Assembly (NCBI GenBank): GCA_041651015.1
Contig: JBAZKA010000003.1
Coordinates: 42,572 to 106,571 of the forward strand
Source: Patescibacteria group bacterium
GTDB lineage: Bacteria > Patescibacteriota > Patescibacteriia > Magasanikbacterales > GWA2-37-8
Reading direction: 5' to 3'
DNA: 64,000 bases
The position numbers and the translations under genes were made by a program. The notes below the pieces were generated by a model that was not told the DNA's origin, did no database searches, and was given only the letters and a program-made list of their open reading frames with translations. Shown here piece after piece: positions 1 through 9,395 of this stretch (the stretch's first letter is position 1; each line of letters starts with the position of its first letter).

Positions 1-360
1 TATTCATTATGTCCGAAATCTGAATATGCCACCACGTCACTTAAGTTATTGGAGGATGAATTATATTATGCAAGTATTACAAATTGGTCTGAGTACATAG
101 AATATTTGAAGGAAATTTCAACCGATGAAATAAATATCGGAATCAATATTAATGATGTTAAAAAGTGGCACAATCTATTAAATTGCTATTTTCAAACAAA
201 GCCAAGCACAAAAAGCATCACCGATTTTATGCATGGCATTTATTTTACCGATGACGTCATACGAGAAATATTTAAAAATCTTGATATTATGAGAACTAAT
301 AAAAAAATCATTGAAATTTTAAAAAATCTATACAAAAATTTTGATACATTAATTACCTAA
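1..360 (+). CDS. 3' end of an AT-rich hypothetical protein (partial, begins before window)
   Basis: Frame 1 is open from base 1 to TAA at 358-360; markedly AT-rich; no motif recognised. Confidence 0.55.
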   Translation, partial: YSLCPKSEYATTSLKLLEDELYYASITNWSEYIEYLKEISTDEINIGININDVKKWHNLLNCYFQTKPSTKSITDFMHGIYFTDDVIREIFKNLDIMRTNKKIIEILKNLYKNFDTLIT

Positions 361-444
361 ACTGGAAGACATATCGTTTAACACGGTGTATCCGGTTCGG
401 GAATTTTTCACATTCATCCTGAACTCGGCAATAATATAACATCA

Positions 445-481
445 ACAAAAATCCCCCGCACATGCGAGGGATTTGTTTGTT
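445..481. terminator. Bidirectional intrinsic terminator
   Basis: AACAAAAATCCCCCGCA-CA-TGCGAGGGATTTGTTTGTT hairpin between convergent genes. Confidence 0.6.
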
Positions 482-491
482 AATTTAGATT

Positions 492-1595
492 TTATTCCCG
501 ACTTACACTCGCCACCACGCCTGCGGCCGCGAGACAAACAAGCATGGACGATCCACCGTGGCTTACGAATGGTAATGTCACTCCGGTTAACGGCAAAAGT
601 CCGACCATGGCCCCGATGTTCATACAAGCCTGCCAAAAAAACCAAATACTGACACCGCAAGCCAGCAAAAATCCGTAACGGTCCGGCGCTTCTTTGGCAA
701 TCTTGAGCCCGCGCCAAGCAATGAGTAAAATCAAACCGATTAAGGCGCACGAAATAACAAAACCCATTTCCTCGGAGATGATGGCAAAAATTGAATCCGC
801 TTCCACTTCGGGTAAGTACTGGTATTTTTGGCGCGAATGTCCGTAGCCTAGCCCGCCCCACCCGCCCGAACCAATGGCCAAATACGCTTGGCTCACATGA
901 TACCCAATGCCTTGCGGGTCAAGCTCGGGATGCAAAAATATTTTTAATCGGTCCGAACGATACGGCGCCGTGATAATGAGAATAATTACTGCGACTACGC
1001 CCGCGGCCGCGAGCGCGGCCAAAATCGGCTTTGATGTGCCGGCCACAAATAAAATTCCCACAACCATGCCTGCAATCACCACCAGTGTGCCGATGTCGGG
1101 CTGAACCGCGATGAGAAGCAAAGCTGGCGCGATCACGCCAAGCACGGGCAAGAGTCCGTTTTTCCAATCATGCAAATTTCTATCCGGGTCAGACAATAAA
1201 TCAGCCATGATAAATATAATCGCGAGTTTGGCCAATTCCGCCGGCTGAAAATGCATGAACCCTAAATTTATCCATGACGCCGCTCCTTTACCAAATGACG
1301 TGCCTATATGCGGAATAAAAACCATCACCAAAAGCGCCAGGCAGGCAATATAAAATACTCTACCGAGTTTACGCCACAAATCTGTATTAAAACGCGCGCA
1401 AATCAAAAACGCCAGCAAGCCCGGCAAGACGCCTTTGAGCAGTTGGGATTTTATAAAATAATATGTATCGCCGTGAACGCTGTAGCCGACCGGAGCGCTG
1501 GCCGAAGTCAAACAAAATAAACCAAAAGCCAACAATATTCCAATGCTGACCATATAAAATCTATCGGCTTTTTTGGCATTACCGGCAAGCGCCAT
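492..1595 (-). CDS. ftsW: SEDS family peptidoglycan glycosyltransferase FtsW
   Basis: Multi-TM; FQPAELAK, QPDIGT, AIGSGGWGGLGYG, LPEVEADSIFAIISEE, GLLPLTGVTLPFVSHGGSS; downstream of mraZ/rsmH. Confidence 0.93.
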   Translation of the reverse strand: MALAGNAKKADRFYMVSIGILLAFGLFCLTSASAPVGYSVHGDTYYFIKSQLLKGVLPGLLAFLICARFNTDLWRKLGRVFYIACLALLVMVFIPHIGTSFGKGAASWINLGFMHFQPAELAKLAIIFIMADLLSDPDRNLHDWKNGLLPVLGVIAPALLLIAVQPDIGTLVVIAGMVVGILFVAGTSKPILAALAAAGVVAVIILIITAPYRSDRLKIFLHPELDPQGIGYHVSQAYLAIGSGGWGGLGYGHSRQKYQYLPEVEADSIFAIISEEMGFVISCALIGLILLIAWRGLKIAKEAPDRYGFLLACGVSIWFFWQACMNIGAMVGLLPLTGVTLPFVSHGGSSMLVCLAAAGVVASVSRE

Positions 1596-1597
1596 AT

Positions 1598-1951
1598 TTA
1601 CAAATTAATATCCACAATCAAATATACGGCTAAAGCCAAAAATAATTCCAGCACGGCCGTAAAAACCGTGAGGATGCGCGACAAAAGTTTGTCCGAGTTG
1701 AAAGTGTATATACCGGCGATAAAATTTATTATTACGAAAGCTAAGCCGACCACGGGCATAATCAAAATTCTCCACCATTCACCGACATAATCCACGCCAA
1801 AAATAATATTGTAATGCAAAAATAATGTACCGCCTTGCGTTCCCAAATTAAAAAAAATATACGGCCACATAAAAACTTGCGCCAAAGCCGATATGGCAAG
1901 CGGAACAAACACCCACGGGTCCTTAAAAAAAACTTTTAATAGGTAAAACAT
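1598..1951 (-). CDS. Small 3-TM membrane protein (LHYNIIFGVD motif)
   Basis: 117 aa hydrophobic ORF, 2-3 nt from its neighbours. Confidence 0.75.
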   Translation of the reverse strand: MFYLLKVFFKDPWVFVPLAISALAQVFMWPYIFFNLGTQGGTLFLHYNIIFGVDYVGEWWRILIMPVVGLAFVIINFIAGIYTFNSDKLLSRILTVFTAVLELFLALAVYLIVDINL

Positions 1952-1954
1952 AAT

Positions 1955-4723
1955 TTAAGCGGTTATAATTTTTCCTCCCTCGCCGATAATAATTTTGTCT
2001 CTACGTTTGACCGAACCGGACAAAAGCAATTCGGCCAGTTTATTTTCCACGCGTTCTTGCAAAGCCCGTCGCATCGGACGCGCGCCAAAATCCGGATCAT
2101 AACCCACGTCAGCCAAGAATTCCAAAGCCGCATCTTCAATAATAAGTTCAATGCCTTTGGCCTCCAAATCTTTGGCCGTGCGCGCCAACATAAAGCCCGC
2201 GATTTGTTTGATGTTTTCCCGAGTTAGGGCTCGGAACAGCACAATACCGTCAAAACGATTTAAAAATTCGGGACGGAAATATTGTTTGAGCTCTCCATGC
2301 AACAACCGGTCTTTGATAGCATCAGACGACAAACCGGCGCGCAATTGCTCGGCCACATACGAAGTGCCGGCGTTTGAAGTGGCGATAATAATTATATTGG
2401 TGAAATCCACCACTCGTCCGGTGCTGTCGGTCAATCGCCCGTCATCCATCACTTGCAAAAATAAATTTAAAATATCCGGGTCGGCTTTTTCAATTTCATC
2501 CAACAGTAGAAGCGCGAATGGCTGACGGCGGATGGCTTCGGTCAAAATACCGGTTCCCTTTTCTCCGGGCGCACCAATCAGACGATACACACCGGACTTG
2601 TCCATGTATTCACTCATATCCAAACGGATCATTCGGTTCTCTCCGCCAAAATAAACTTCGGCAATGGTTTTAGCTAATTCTGTTTTGCCCACGCCGGTCG
2701 GGCCGAGAAATAAAAAGTTGGCAATCGGGCGGGTCTTGGAACGAATTTCCACGCGGGCTCGGCGCAAAGCGTTGGCCACCAAATCCACGGCTTCATCCTG
2801 GCCGACCACGCGTTTGTGCATTGCCTCTTCCAACAACATTAATTTACTTGATTCATCGGACGTCACGGTCGTGGCTGGAATGCCGGTTTTGTCTGCCACC
2901 ACCTGCGCCACCTCTTCACCCGAGACAAGGGAATCCGCGCCCTTTTTGTTGCGCGCATGCGAGCCGGCTTCACTGGCAATTTCTATGGCACTGCCCGGCA
3001 AACAATTTTCATGTAAAAATCTTTGCGCCAATTGCACGGATTTTTCCACCGCGTCATAAGCAAAAAATACTTGATTCTTGTGTTCAATCAAAGCGACTTT
3101 GGATTCCAAAACTTGGATGGCTGAGTTCTCGTCCATTTCGTGCACTTCCACTTTAGCAAAAACATTTCCCAACGCCGAATTGGAAATATAACGCGCAAAA
3201 TCTTCATCCGTACTCGTGGCAATGGTCAAAAACCGGCCGCCGCGTAAAAAATCCGCCAGTGTTCCGGCCACATCCAAACTACTACCTTCGCCGGCTGATA
3301 CGCCAATCAACTCGTGGACATTTGGAATATACAAAATCACATTTCGCGCGCGGGAAATTTCATTCATCATGGCAATCAAGCGTTCAATCGCGCCCGAAGC
3401 AGTCGTACCGGAAAGAAGTGAGGATACATTTAATTTAACCAAACGTTTGTCGCTCAAACGGCGAGGAACATCGTCTTCAATCATTTTGTCGGCCAATCCT
3501 TCCACAATACTGCGCTTGCCCACGCCATTAGAACCGGTGAGAAGCACGTTGGCCGCTCCGCCGTCCACCACGCGGAAAATTTCTTCAAATTCTTTTTCGC
3601 GCGCCACGCAATAATCAAATTGATTGAGTTGGGCCAAACGCGTCATGTCATCGCTAAAATTATTCAAATACGGCGTGGCTAAAGCGGTCATGGCTTTGTC
3701 CATGCCATATTTGGAGCGATGCGAACCCGCCCGCGCATGCTTCACATATTCGCGATATAATCTTTCACGGATACGCGCCCATTCCACCACGTTCATTAAT
3801 TTATTTTTTTCAATTTCCATGTCATACAATAATTCTTGCAGGGGCGGAGATTGTTTGATGCAGGCGACCAAAAGTTCGGTGACGCTCACGTATTCTTGAT
3901 GAGCGCTGTAGGCTTCTTCATACGCGCGAAATAAAATTTGCTGTATGTCAGGCGATAGAAGGGGCATGGAATGCGCGTTTTGCACTTGCGACGGCGCGTC
4001 AAAAAGCGAAACAATCCCCTCTTGCAATGATTTGGCCGGCAAACCAAGCCGGATAAAAATATTACCGATGCGATTAAACGAAAGTAAAGTGTAAAATAAA
4101 TGATTGGCTTCCACGTGCGCATAGTTTCTTTTGTCCGCGAAATTATAGGCTTCGGCCAGCACAGCCATGGCCTCATCGGTGAATGTCTTGTCAATTGCTA
4201 ATCGTTTACTGGAAGGAATTTTTTGGATTTGCTTCCAATCGGTTAGCGCCTCGGACTCTTCGGACGCGGACGTATGCTCATAATCAAATTTTTCCACCTC
4301 TAAATTTTTCTTGCGTTCGGTAATTTTGCGATACCAAAAATAAAGCAAAAACAAGGCGCCGAGACAAAATAAAAATTTGGAATAATACGGCAAACCTAGA
4401 ATCGCTGTCAGCCACTGTTCGGGCAGAGAAATAAAAGCCTGATAGGCGCCGGCGCGATAAGCAAAAAATATTGCCCACACCCAGAAGTTGAGCCAGAGGA
4501 CAATAAAAGTAATCCGGCGAATTTTGTTTCCGATTCTTCGGCCATTCACCATGGCGATGTTGTATCGCGTCAGAGGATATGTCCAAGCCAGCCATTTACC
4601 GCGCATCCGCACGCCCATGGAACGCCCACGGCATTCTTTGCAGACGCCAAAACCGCGCAAACCCGTTCCTTTGCACGAAGGGCATGTCGCGACATTCATT
4701 GGCGGTAGTTGCTCAAACAGCAT
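1955..4723 (-). CDS. Membrane-anchored ClpA/B/C-family AAA+ ATPase with N-terminal zinc-finger and TM helices
   Basis: CPSCKGTG..CKECRG; two hydrophobic helices; Clp-N repeats (HVEANHLF, YVSVTELLVA); NBD2 GPTGVGKT, RLDMSEY, LLLDEIEKA, DDGRLTD, FRPEFLNRFD, GARPMRR. Confidence 0.9.
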   Translation of the reverse strand: MLFEQLPPMNVATCPSCKGTGLRGFGVCKECRGRSMGVRMRGKWLAWTYPLTRYNIAMVNGRRIGNKIRRITFIVLWLNFWVWAIFFAYRAGAYQAFISLPEQWLTAILGLPYYSKFLFCLGALFLLYFWYRKITERKKNLEVEKFDYEHTSASEESEALTDWKQIQKIPSSKRLAIDKTFTDEAMAVLAEAYNFADKRNYAHVEANHLFYTLLSFNRIGNIFIRLGLPAKSLQEGIVSLFDAPSQVQNAHSMPLLSPDIQQILFRAYEEAYSAHQEYVSVTELLVACIKQSPPLQELLYDMEIEKNKLMNVVEWARIRERLYREYVKHARAGSHRSKYGMDKAMTALATPYLNNFSDDMTRLAQLNQFDYCVAREKEFEEIFRVVDGGAANVLLTGSNGVGKRSIVEGLADKMIEDDVPRRLSDKRLVKLNVSSLLSGTTASGAIERLIAMMNEISRARNVILYIPNVHELIGVSAGEGSSLDVAGTLADFLRGGRFLTIATSTDEDFARYISNSALGNVFAKVEVHEMDENSAIQVLESKVALIEHKNQVFFAYDAVEKSVQLAQRFLHENCLPGSAIEIASEAGSHARNKKGADSLVSGEEVAQVVADKTGIPATTVTSDESSKLMLLEEAMHKRVVGQDEAVDLVANALRRARVEIRSKTRPIANFLFLGPTGVGKTELAKTIAEVYFGGENRMIRLDMSEYMDKSGVYRLIGAPGEKGTGILTEAIRRQPFALLLLDEIEKADPDILNLFLQVMDDGRLTDSTGRVVDFTNIIIIATSNAGTSYVAEQLRAGLSSDAIKDRLLHGELKQYFRPEFLNRFDGIVLFRALTRENIKQIAGFMLARTAKDLEAKGIELIIEDAALEFLADVGYDPDFGARPMRRALQERVENKLAELLLSGSVKRRDKIIIGEGGKIITA

Positions 4724-4724
4724 A

Positions 4725-5084
4725 TTAAATAATTGTCTTGGAATGAATCATGCAGTACACAACCGCGACCGGTAGAGCCAGCCACACAAAAAACAATGCG
4801 ACGCAAACCAACATCCAGCCAACCAGCGCGATAGTCCGCGCTATCACTTGAATCAAACGCATCAGAAAACTGATAATTCGCCCTTGAATATCATACTGGC
4901 CAAACATGGGCACAAAAATATTCTTAAACCAAAGCCCGGGCGCGAGCGTGGCATTGCCGGACATAAATACTTGCGCGCACCAAACAATGGCGTGTTTGGC
5001 GCCAACCGTGTACCACCAAACCGGAAAATAAAATAAATCAAGAATGGCCAAGCCAAAAATTCTGGTAAATACAGTGATAAACAT
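4725..5084 (-). CDS. Conserved small membrane protein, closely spaced with the Clp ATPase gene
   Basis: 119 aa; FPVWWYT and KNIFVPMFGQYD motifs; 1 nt from the Clp start. Confidence 0.75.
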   Translation of the reverse strand: MFITVFTRIFGLAILDLFYFPVWWYTVGAKHAIVWCAQVFMSGNATLAPGLWFKNIFVPMFGQYDIQGRIISFLMRLIQVIARTIALVGWMLVCVALFFVWLALPVAVVYCMIHSKTII

Positions 5085-5159
5085 ACGGGAGTATTATAAC
5101 ATAAAATGACAGAAAATAAAAAACCCATGGACATAGCCAAGGGTTTTCATATTTCATAA

Positions 5160-5588
5160 TTATTTTTTTGCCACCACTGACCCAACCGCGCTCAAATAGG
5201 TAATATTGTCCGCTCGGGTCAATCCGGCATTGGCAATTCGTTTCTCCAAAACAGGTAAGGAGTTGGCCGCCGCCATCTGCACATCCAAACCGCGAATTTC
5301 TTCATTGAGCGAAGCAACTTTATTTTGCAAATCACGCATTTCATAACCGCTGGTCGCGGCCGCGCTCACTTCGCGCACATACGCAAACACCAACAAGACT
5401 AGTATGCCCAGATAAATTCCGCGCGCCGCGCGCCCTTTTAACCATTCAGGGATGGCGCCACCGCGCGTTATTGTTTCCATATAACGGCGCAGGTAATTCA
5501 TCTGATATTTGATTTTTCGTTTTAGGGTCATAAAAAACGGTTGCAATATATTTGTCCCCTCTTCGCAAAAATTATTAAATTTTCTCAA
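5160..5588 (-). CDS. ftsL: Cell division protein FtsL-like (true start probably internal)
   Basis: Single TM followed by coiled coil (GYEMRDLQNKVASLNEE...LEKRIANAGL); directly after rsmH. Confidence 0.6.
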   Translation of the reverse strand: MRKFNNFCEEGTNILQPFFMTLKRKIKYQMNYLRRYMETITRGGAIPEWLKGRAARGIYLGILVLLVFAYVREVSAAATSGYEMRDLQNKVASLNEEIRGLDVQMAAANSLPVLEKRIANAGLTRADNITYLSAVGSVVAKK

Positions 5589-6483
5589 TCACTCGCAATT
5601 TTGCGCTTCGCGAGCGTCGGTTTGCTTCTAATTCCGCCTCACCGGCCGTAATCGGTTTGGCTGTAATCAACTTGGCTTCACCGGACGACAGTGTCTGAAA
5701 ATAATGCTTTACAATTCTGTCCTCCAATGAATGAAAGGTGATCACCGCTAACCGCCCGTTGCCGGCCAAACTCTCGTAGGCTTGAGGCAATGCTTGTTTC
5801 AACACCTCAAGTTCGCGATTGACGGCAATGCGCAGGGCTTGAAAAACTTTGGTCGCCGGATGTATTCCGCCAATCCAAGGAATTTCTTTTTCAGTTTTCA
5901 ATTTACTCCGATAAACTTGTAAAATTATTTCCGCAAGCTCGCGCGTCGTCTTTATCTGATTAACTTTCCTTACAGCATCTATGGCTTCGGCAATTTCTTT
6001 TGATAAATCCTCCTCGCCAAATCGTCTGAAAATCTCCTCCAATTCTTTCACGTTCCATTCGTTTATAATTTTTTCCGCCGTCGTCTCCGAACCATTTACC
6101 GGCGTGTAGCGCATGTCCAAAGGTTCGTCACGTTCAAAACTAAACCCCCTGTTCCGTTCTTCAAATTGCGGAGATGACCAGCCCAAGTCCATTAAAATCG
6201 CGTCAGCCAATCCAAAATTATTGTCAACAATTATTTTTGATAAATTTTCAAAATTGTCGCGCGCGTAAACCACTTGCTCGCCGAATCTATATAAAAATCT
6301 TTTGGCGCGGAGCAATGATTCCGGGTCGGCGTCAATGCCGAGCAGTTTGCCTTTCGGGCCGATCGCTTCCAGAATCGCCTCGGCATGTCCCCCGTCGCCC
6401 AAGGTGCAGTCAATAACGCGACCGCCTTTTCTCAGGTTCATCGCTTCAATCGTTTCATGAATTAGGACCGGTTCGTGTCGCAT
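5575..6483 (-). CDS. rsmH: 16S rRNA m4C1402 methyltransferase RsmH
   Basis: HEPVL, DCTLGDGGHA, DLGWSSPQ, PLDMR, HPATKVFQALRIAVNREL, ITFHSLEDRIVK, RSRSAKLR. Confidence 0.97.
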   Translation of the reverse strand: MRHEPVLIHETIEAMNLRKGGRVIDCTLGDGGHAEAILEAIGPKGKLLGIDADPESLLRAKRFLYRFGEQVVYARDNFENLSKIIVDNNFGLADAILMDLGWSSPQFEERNRGFSFERDEPLDMRYTPVNGSETTAEKIINEWNVKELEEIFRRFGEEDLSKEIAEAIDAVRKVNQIKTTRELAEIILQVYRSKLKTEKEIPWIGGIHPATKVFQALRIAVNRELEVLKQALPQAYESLAGNGRLAVITFHSLEDRIVKHYFQTLSSGEAKLITAKPITAGEAELEANRRSRSAKLRVIEKI

Positions 6484-6542
6484 AACTTTATATCAATTTT
6501 CAATATTTCGTAATTTCGTAAATTTTCGTATTTCGTATCTTT

Positions 6543-6974
6543 TTAGACTCCCAGCTCGGCCATTCTCTCGGCAATCTCTCCGCTTTCTTTTTCAGTTTTG
6601 GTTTTGAATTCGCCCCATTTGGTTTCATCCCAAATTTCCAAACGGTTATAAAGTCCGGCCACAATCACACTCTTTTTCAATCCGGCGAACTGGCGCAGAT
6701 ATTCAGGCAGGACCGCCCGGCCTTGTTTGTCCATTTCCACATCCATGGCGCCGGCAAGCATCAGGCGCGCGAACGCCCGGCTGTTAGCTTGGCTGATGGG
6801 CAAAGCCGCCAATTTCTCGGCCAGCTTTTCCCATTCTTTTTTGGTGTACAGAAACAAACAATTATCCAAACCTCTCGTCACCACCGCGCCTTTCACGAGT
6901 TCATTGCGAAACTTGACCGGTATGGCTAACCGGCCTTTTTCATCCAAATTGTGAGAGTATTCGCCGATGAACAT
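6543..6974 (-). CDS. mraZ: Division/cell wall cluster repressor MraZ
   Basis: MFIGEYSHNLDEKGRLAIP, TRGLDNCL, DKQGR, RLEIWD. Confidence 0.97.
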   Translation of the reverse strand: MFIGEYSHNLDEKGRLAIPVKFRNELVKGAVVTRGLDNCLFLYTKKEWEKLAEKLAALPISQANSRAFARLMLAGAMDVEMDKQGRAVLPEYLRQFAGLKKSVIVAGLYNRLEIWDETKWGEFKTKTEKESGEIAERMAELGV

Positions 6975-7050
6975 ACCGAAGTTAAAAGTTTATAAAGTTC
7001 ATAAAGTTATAAAGTCGCACAGTTTGTGGGGCGTAGCGCAAGCGAAGCCC

Positions 7051-7103
7051 CACCACTTCTCACCACTACACTCCATTTTATACCACAATCAAACACCCGT
7101 CAA
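7051..7103 (-). promoter_or_regulatory. mraZ promoter with three MraZ boxes
   Basis: TTGACG(7103-7098)-17-TAAAAT(7080-7075), then ATGGAG-4-GTGGTG-4-GTGGTG with 10-bp period, matching the GTGG[A/T]G MraZ-box arrangement. Confidence 0.85.
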
Positions 7104-7236
7104 CACCATTCTCCATTTTTATTTTGGCTAATGTAAAACAAAAAATCCCGCTGTAAGCGGGATTGTGGATAAGTTTATTGATAAAATCAGGATATGCGCC
7201 TCCTCCATCACAGCAATGGCAGACCTCAACTACTTT

Positions 7237-7512
7237 TTATTGAGTTAACTTGTCCGCTATTTTTGGAATCAAACATGTAACAAATTGGGCTGAAATGAAA
7301 ACAATTATGGCGGCGACAACCCAGATTATTTTATCTTTAATCGACGACCATGCTAAGGATTTAATTTCTGTTTGTAACGGCACCGAATCTTTTATCGCCG
7401 CACATATCTTGTTATCGAAATTTTTGCCTTCAAACTCCTGCTTAAACACAACGAGGGCGTCCACTTTTTGTGTATACTGCTCTTGGTTAAAATCATTGTC
7501 AGGTCTGGGCAT
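7237..7512 (-). CDS. Hypothetical protein with C-terminal TM helix
   Basis: ATG at 7512 (MPRPDND), 10 nt after upstream stop; coiled-coil-like region then IIWVVAAIIVFISAQFV. Confidence 0.6.
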   Translation of the reverse strand: MPRPDNDFNQEQYTQKVDALVVFKQEFEGKNFDNKICAAIKDSVPLQTEIKSLAWSSIKDKIIWVVAAIIVFISAQFVTCLIPKIADKLTQ

Positions 7513-7522
7513 AAGAAAAAAA

Positions 7523-7747
7523 TCAGACTTTTTTCTTTTTGATATTCTCCGAAGGAATAAGTGCGTTGCCATTTATACTAATAGGACTGCCGTTGGCTTG
7601 AGATATAACAGAGAGTACAAAACCCAACGCATCTTCATTGCCAATAAGATCATAATCTCGAACTATCTTCTCAAGTGCCTGAACATGGCCATTGTCCATT
7701 TCAATGCTCAATTTTCCTTCACCAACATCATTGATCTTTATAGACAT
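7523..7747 (-). CDS. Small hypothetical protein (74 aa)
   Basis: ATG-started ORF with TATACT -10 upstream; paired with 7237-7512. Confidence 0.6.
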   Translation of the reverse strand: MSIKINDVGEGKLSIEMDNGHVQALEKIVRDYDLIGNEDALGFVLSVISQANGSPISINGNALIPSENIKKKKV

Positions 7748-7840
7748 AATGGTTTATATTAATGATTCATTTTTAGTATAACATAACCCCGCACAAATGA
7801 CAACAATATTATCACGGATTCTTCAATGCCTCCAAACACG

Positions 7841-7906
7841 TCTGGATCCCCGCCTTCGCGGGGATGACACTGCCGAAGGGATTCCTCGGCTTCGCTCGGA
7901 ATGACA
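7841..7906. repeat. Two tandem GTCAT-ended (CGTC-type REP-like) palindromes
   Basis: TCTGGATCCCCGCCTTCGCGGGGATGACA and CCGAAGGGATTCCTCGGCTTCGCTCGGAATGACA; relatives at 41263, 52021 and 58567. Confidence 0.8.
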
Positions 7907-7910
7907 GTTT

Positions 7911-9272
7911 TTACACCTCCACCGCCTCCTCCGGATCAGCCACGGAAACTCGCACGCCCAATTCACTCTTAATTTTATCGGCTAAAGGCTGGCTTTGCTC
8001 GGGCTCGCCGTGATTCAAGACCACGCATTTGGGCGTTGAACCGTTGTTTTTAATCCAATTAAAAATTTTAATTCTATCCGCGTGCGCCGAGAGCACATCA
8101 ATAAACTCCACATGGCATTTGACTGCCACGTGTTCATTCAAGACGTCCACATGAGTCGCGCCATCCAAAATCTTCCTGCCCGGCGTGTGCATGGCTTGGA
8201 AACCGGTGAGAAATAAAGTATTGCGATTATCAGACAAATAGCGCAACGCGTGATACTGGATGCGTCCGCCGTTCATCATACCCGAACCGGCAATAATAAT
8301 TTTTTGGCCAATGACCGTATTGATGCGCTTGGAATCATCGCGCGAACGGGTCATTTTCAATCCGCCGAATTGGAACAAATCATCACCGGACCGGATATAC
8401 CTTTCCGCTTCTTCATCAAAATATTGCGTGTAGCGGTTAAACACGCCCGTTGCGTTGATGGCGAGCGGGCTGTCCAAAAAAATCGGAATGTTCGGCGGTA
8501 AAACTTGGTCGCGGTCAATCAAATCATTTAAATCATACAAAATTTCCTGGGTGCGTTCCACGGAAAAAGCCGGCATCATCAAAGTACCGCCCCGCTCAAG
8601 CGCCTCGGCCACAACTTTTTTAATGGCAGACTTGCGGTCAATACTCGTGTCGTGTTCGCGGTCGCCATAAGTGGACTCGCAAATCAGCAAATAAACATCT
8701 TTGGGCAAGGCGTCGGTATCGCGTAAAATCGGGACATTCACATTGCCCAGGTCGCCGGAAAAAACAACTTTTTTGCCGGCTAAATTTATTTCCAAAAATG
8801 CCGAGCCGAAAATATGACCGGCTTCATAAAATTTAAACCTGATGTTTGATGCCGGTAAATCAAAATCATCATAATAATCCACTTGGCGCATCATACCGAT
8901 AACCTTGGCCACATCATCTAAATTATACAGAGCCGGCCGGCCAAATTTCCGGGCGTGATATTCCATGATTTCGCATGCATCCTCCAAAATCAATCTGGCG
9001 ATTTCAATAGTCGGCGGGGTGGCATAAATTTGCCCGCTGAATCCGCGCTTTATGAGCAACGGCAAGCGTCCGACATGGTCCAAATGCGCGTGCGTGACAA
9101 ACACAGCCGTGAGAGCGCTGGCGTCAAAAGCAAATGGGTCGGCATTACGGTCTTCCACAAAGTCCCCTCCCTGAAACATCCCGCAATCAACCAAAATTTT
9201 AATATCTCCCTCTTCCAGCAAACTGCACGAACCGGTGACTTCTCCGGCCGCGCCAAAAAATGATAATTTCAT
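7911..9272 (-). CDS. MBL-fold beta-CASP ribonuclease (YSH1/TTHA0252-like)
   Basis: GAAGEVTGS, DCGMFQG, THAHLDHVG, AGHIFGSA, FSGDLG, ESTYGDR, AGSGMMNGGRI, SAHAD, NHGE. Confidence 0.93.
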   Translation of the reverse strand: MKLSFFGAAGEVTGSCSLLEEGDIKILVDCGMFQGGDFVEDRNADPFAFDASALTAVFVTHAHLDHVGRLPLLIKRGFSGQIYATPPTIEIARLILEDACEIMEYHARKFGRPALYNLDDVAKVIGMMRQVDYYDDFDLPASNIRFKFYEAGHIFGSAFLEINLAGKKVVFSGDLGNVNVPILRDTDALPKDVYLLICESTYGDREHDTSIDRKSAIKKVVAEALERGGTLMMPAFSVERTQEILYDLNDLIDRDQVLPPNIPIFLDSPLAINATGVFNRYTQYFDEEAERYIRSGDDLFQFGGLKMTRSRDDSKRINTVIGQKIIIAGSGMMNGGRIQYHALRYLSDNRNTLFLTGFQAMHTPGRKILDGATHVDVLNEHVAVKCHVEFIDVLSAHADRIKIFNWIKNNGSTPKCVVLNHGEPEQSQPLADKIKSELGVRVSVADPEEAVEV

Positions 9273-9278
9273 GATATG

Positions 9279-9331
9279 ACGTTAAATAATCCGCTCTTGG
9301 CGAATCGCCCCCAGGGGGCATTTAACAGGTT
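9279..9331. repeat. Palindromic element related to the insert in grpE
   Basis: GTTAAAT...CGCCCCCAGGGGGC-ATTTAACAGGT; same ends and inner CGCCCC/GGGGC hairpin as 41147-41198. Confidence 0.6.
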
Positions 9332-9395
9332 AAATTATACCACATTTTACCCCCTACACAAATTCATCTATTTCTGATACAATGTCGCTATCATT

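Noticed and set aside
7164-7172. Replication origin suggested by DnaA boxes
   Set aside because: Boxes are isolated, with no cluster, DUE or dnaA/dnaN nearby
7250-7762. 170-aa plus-strand ORF
   Set aside because: Non-ATG start, antisense to two better-supported ORFs
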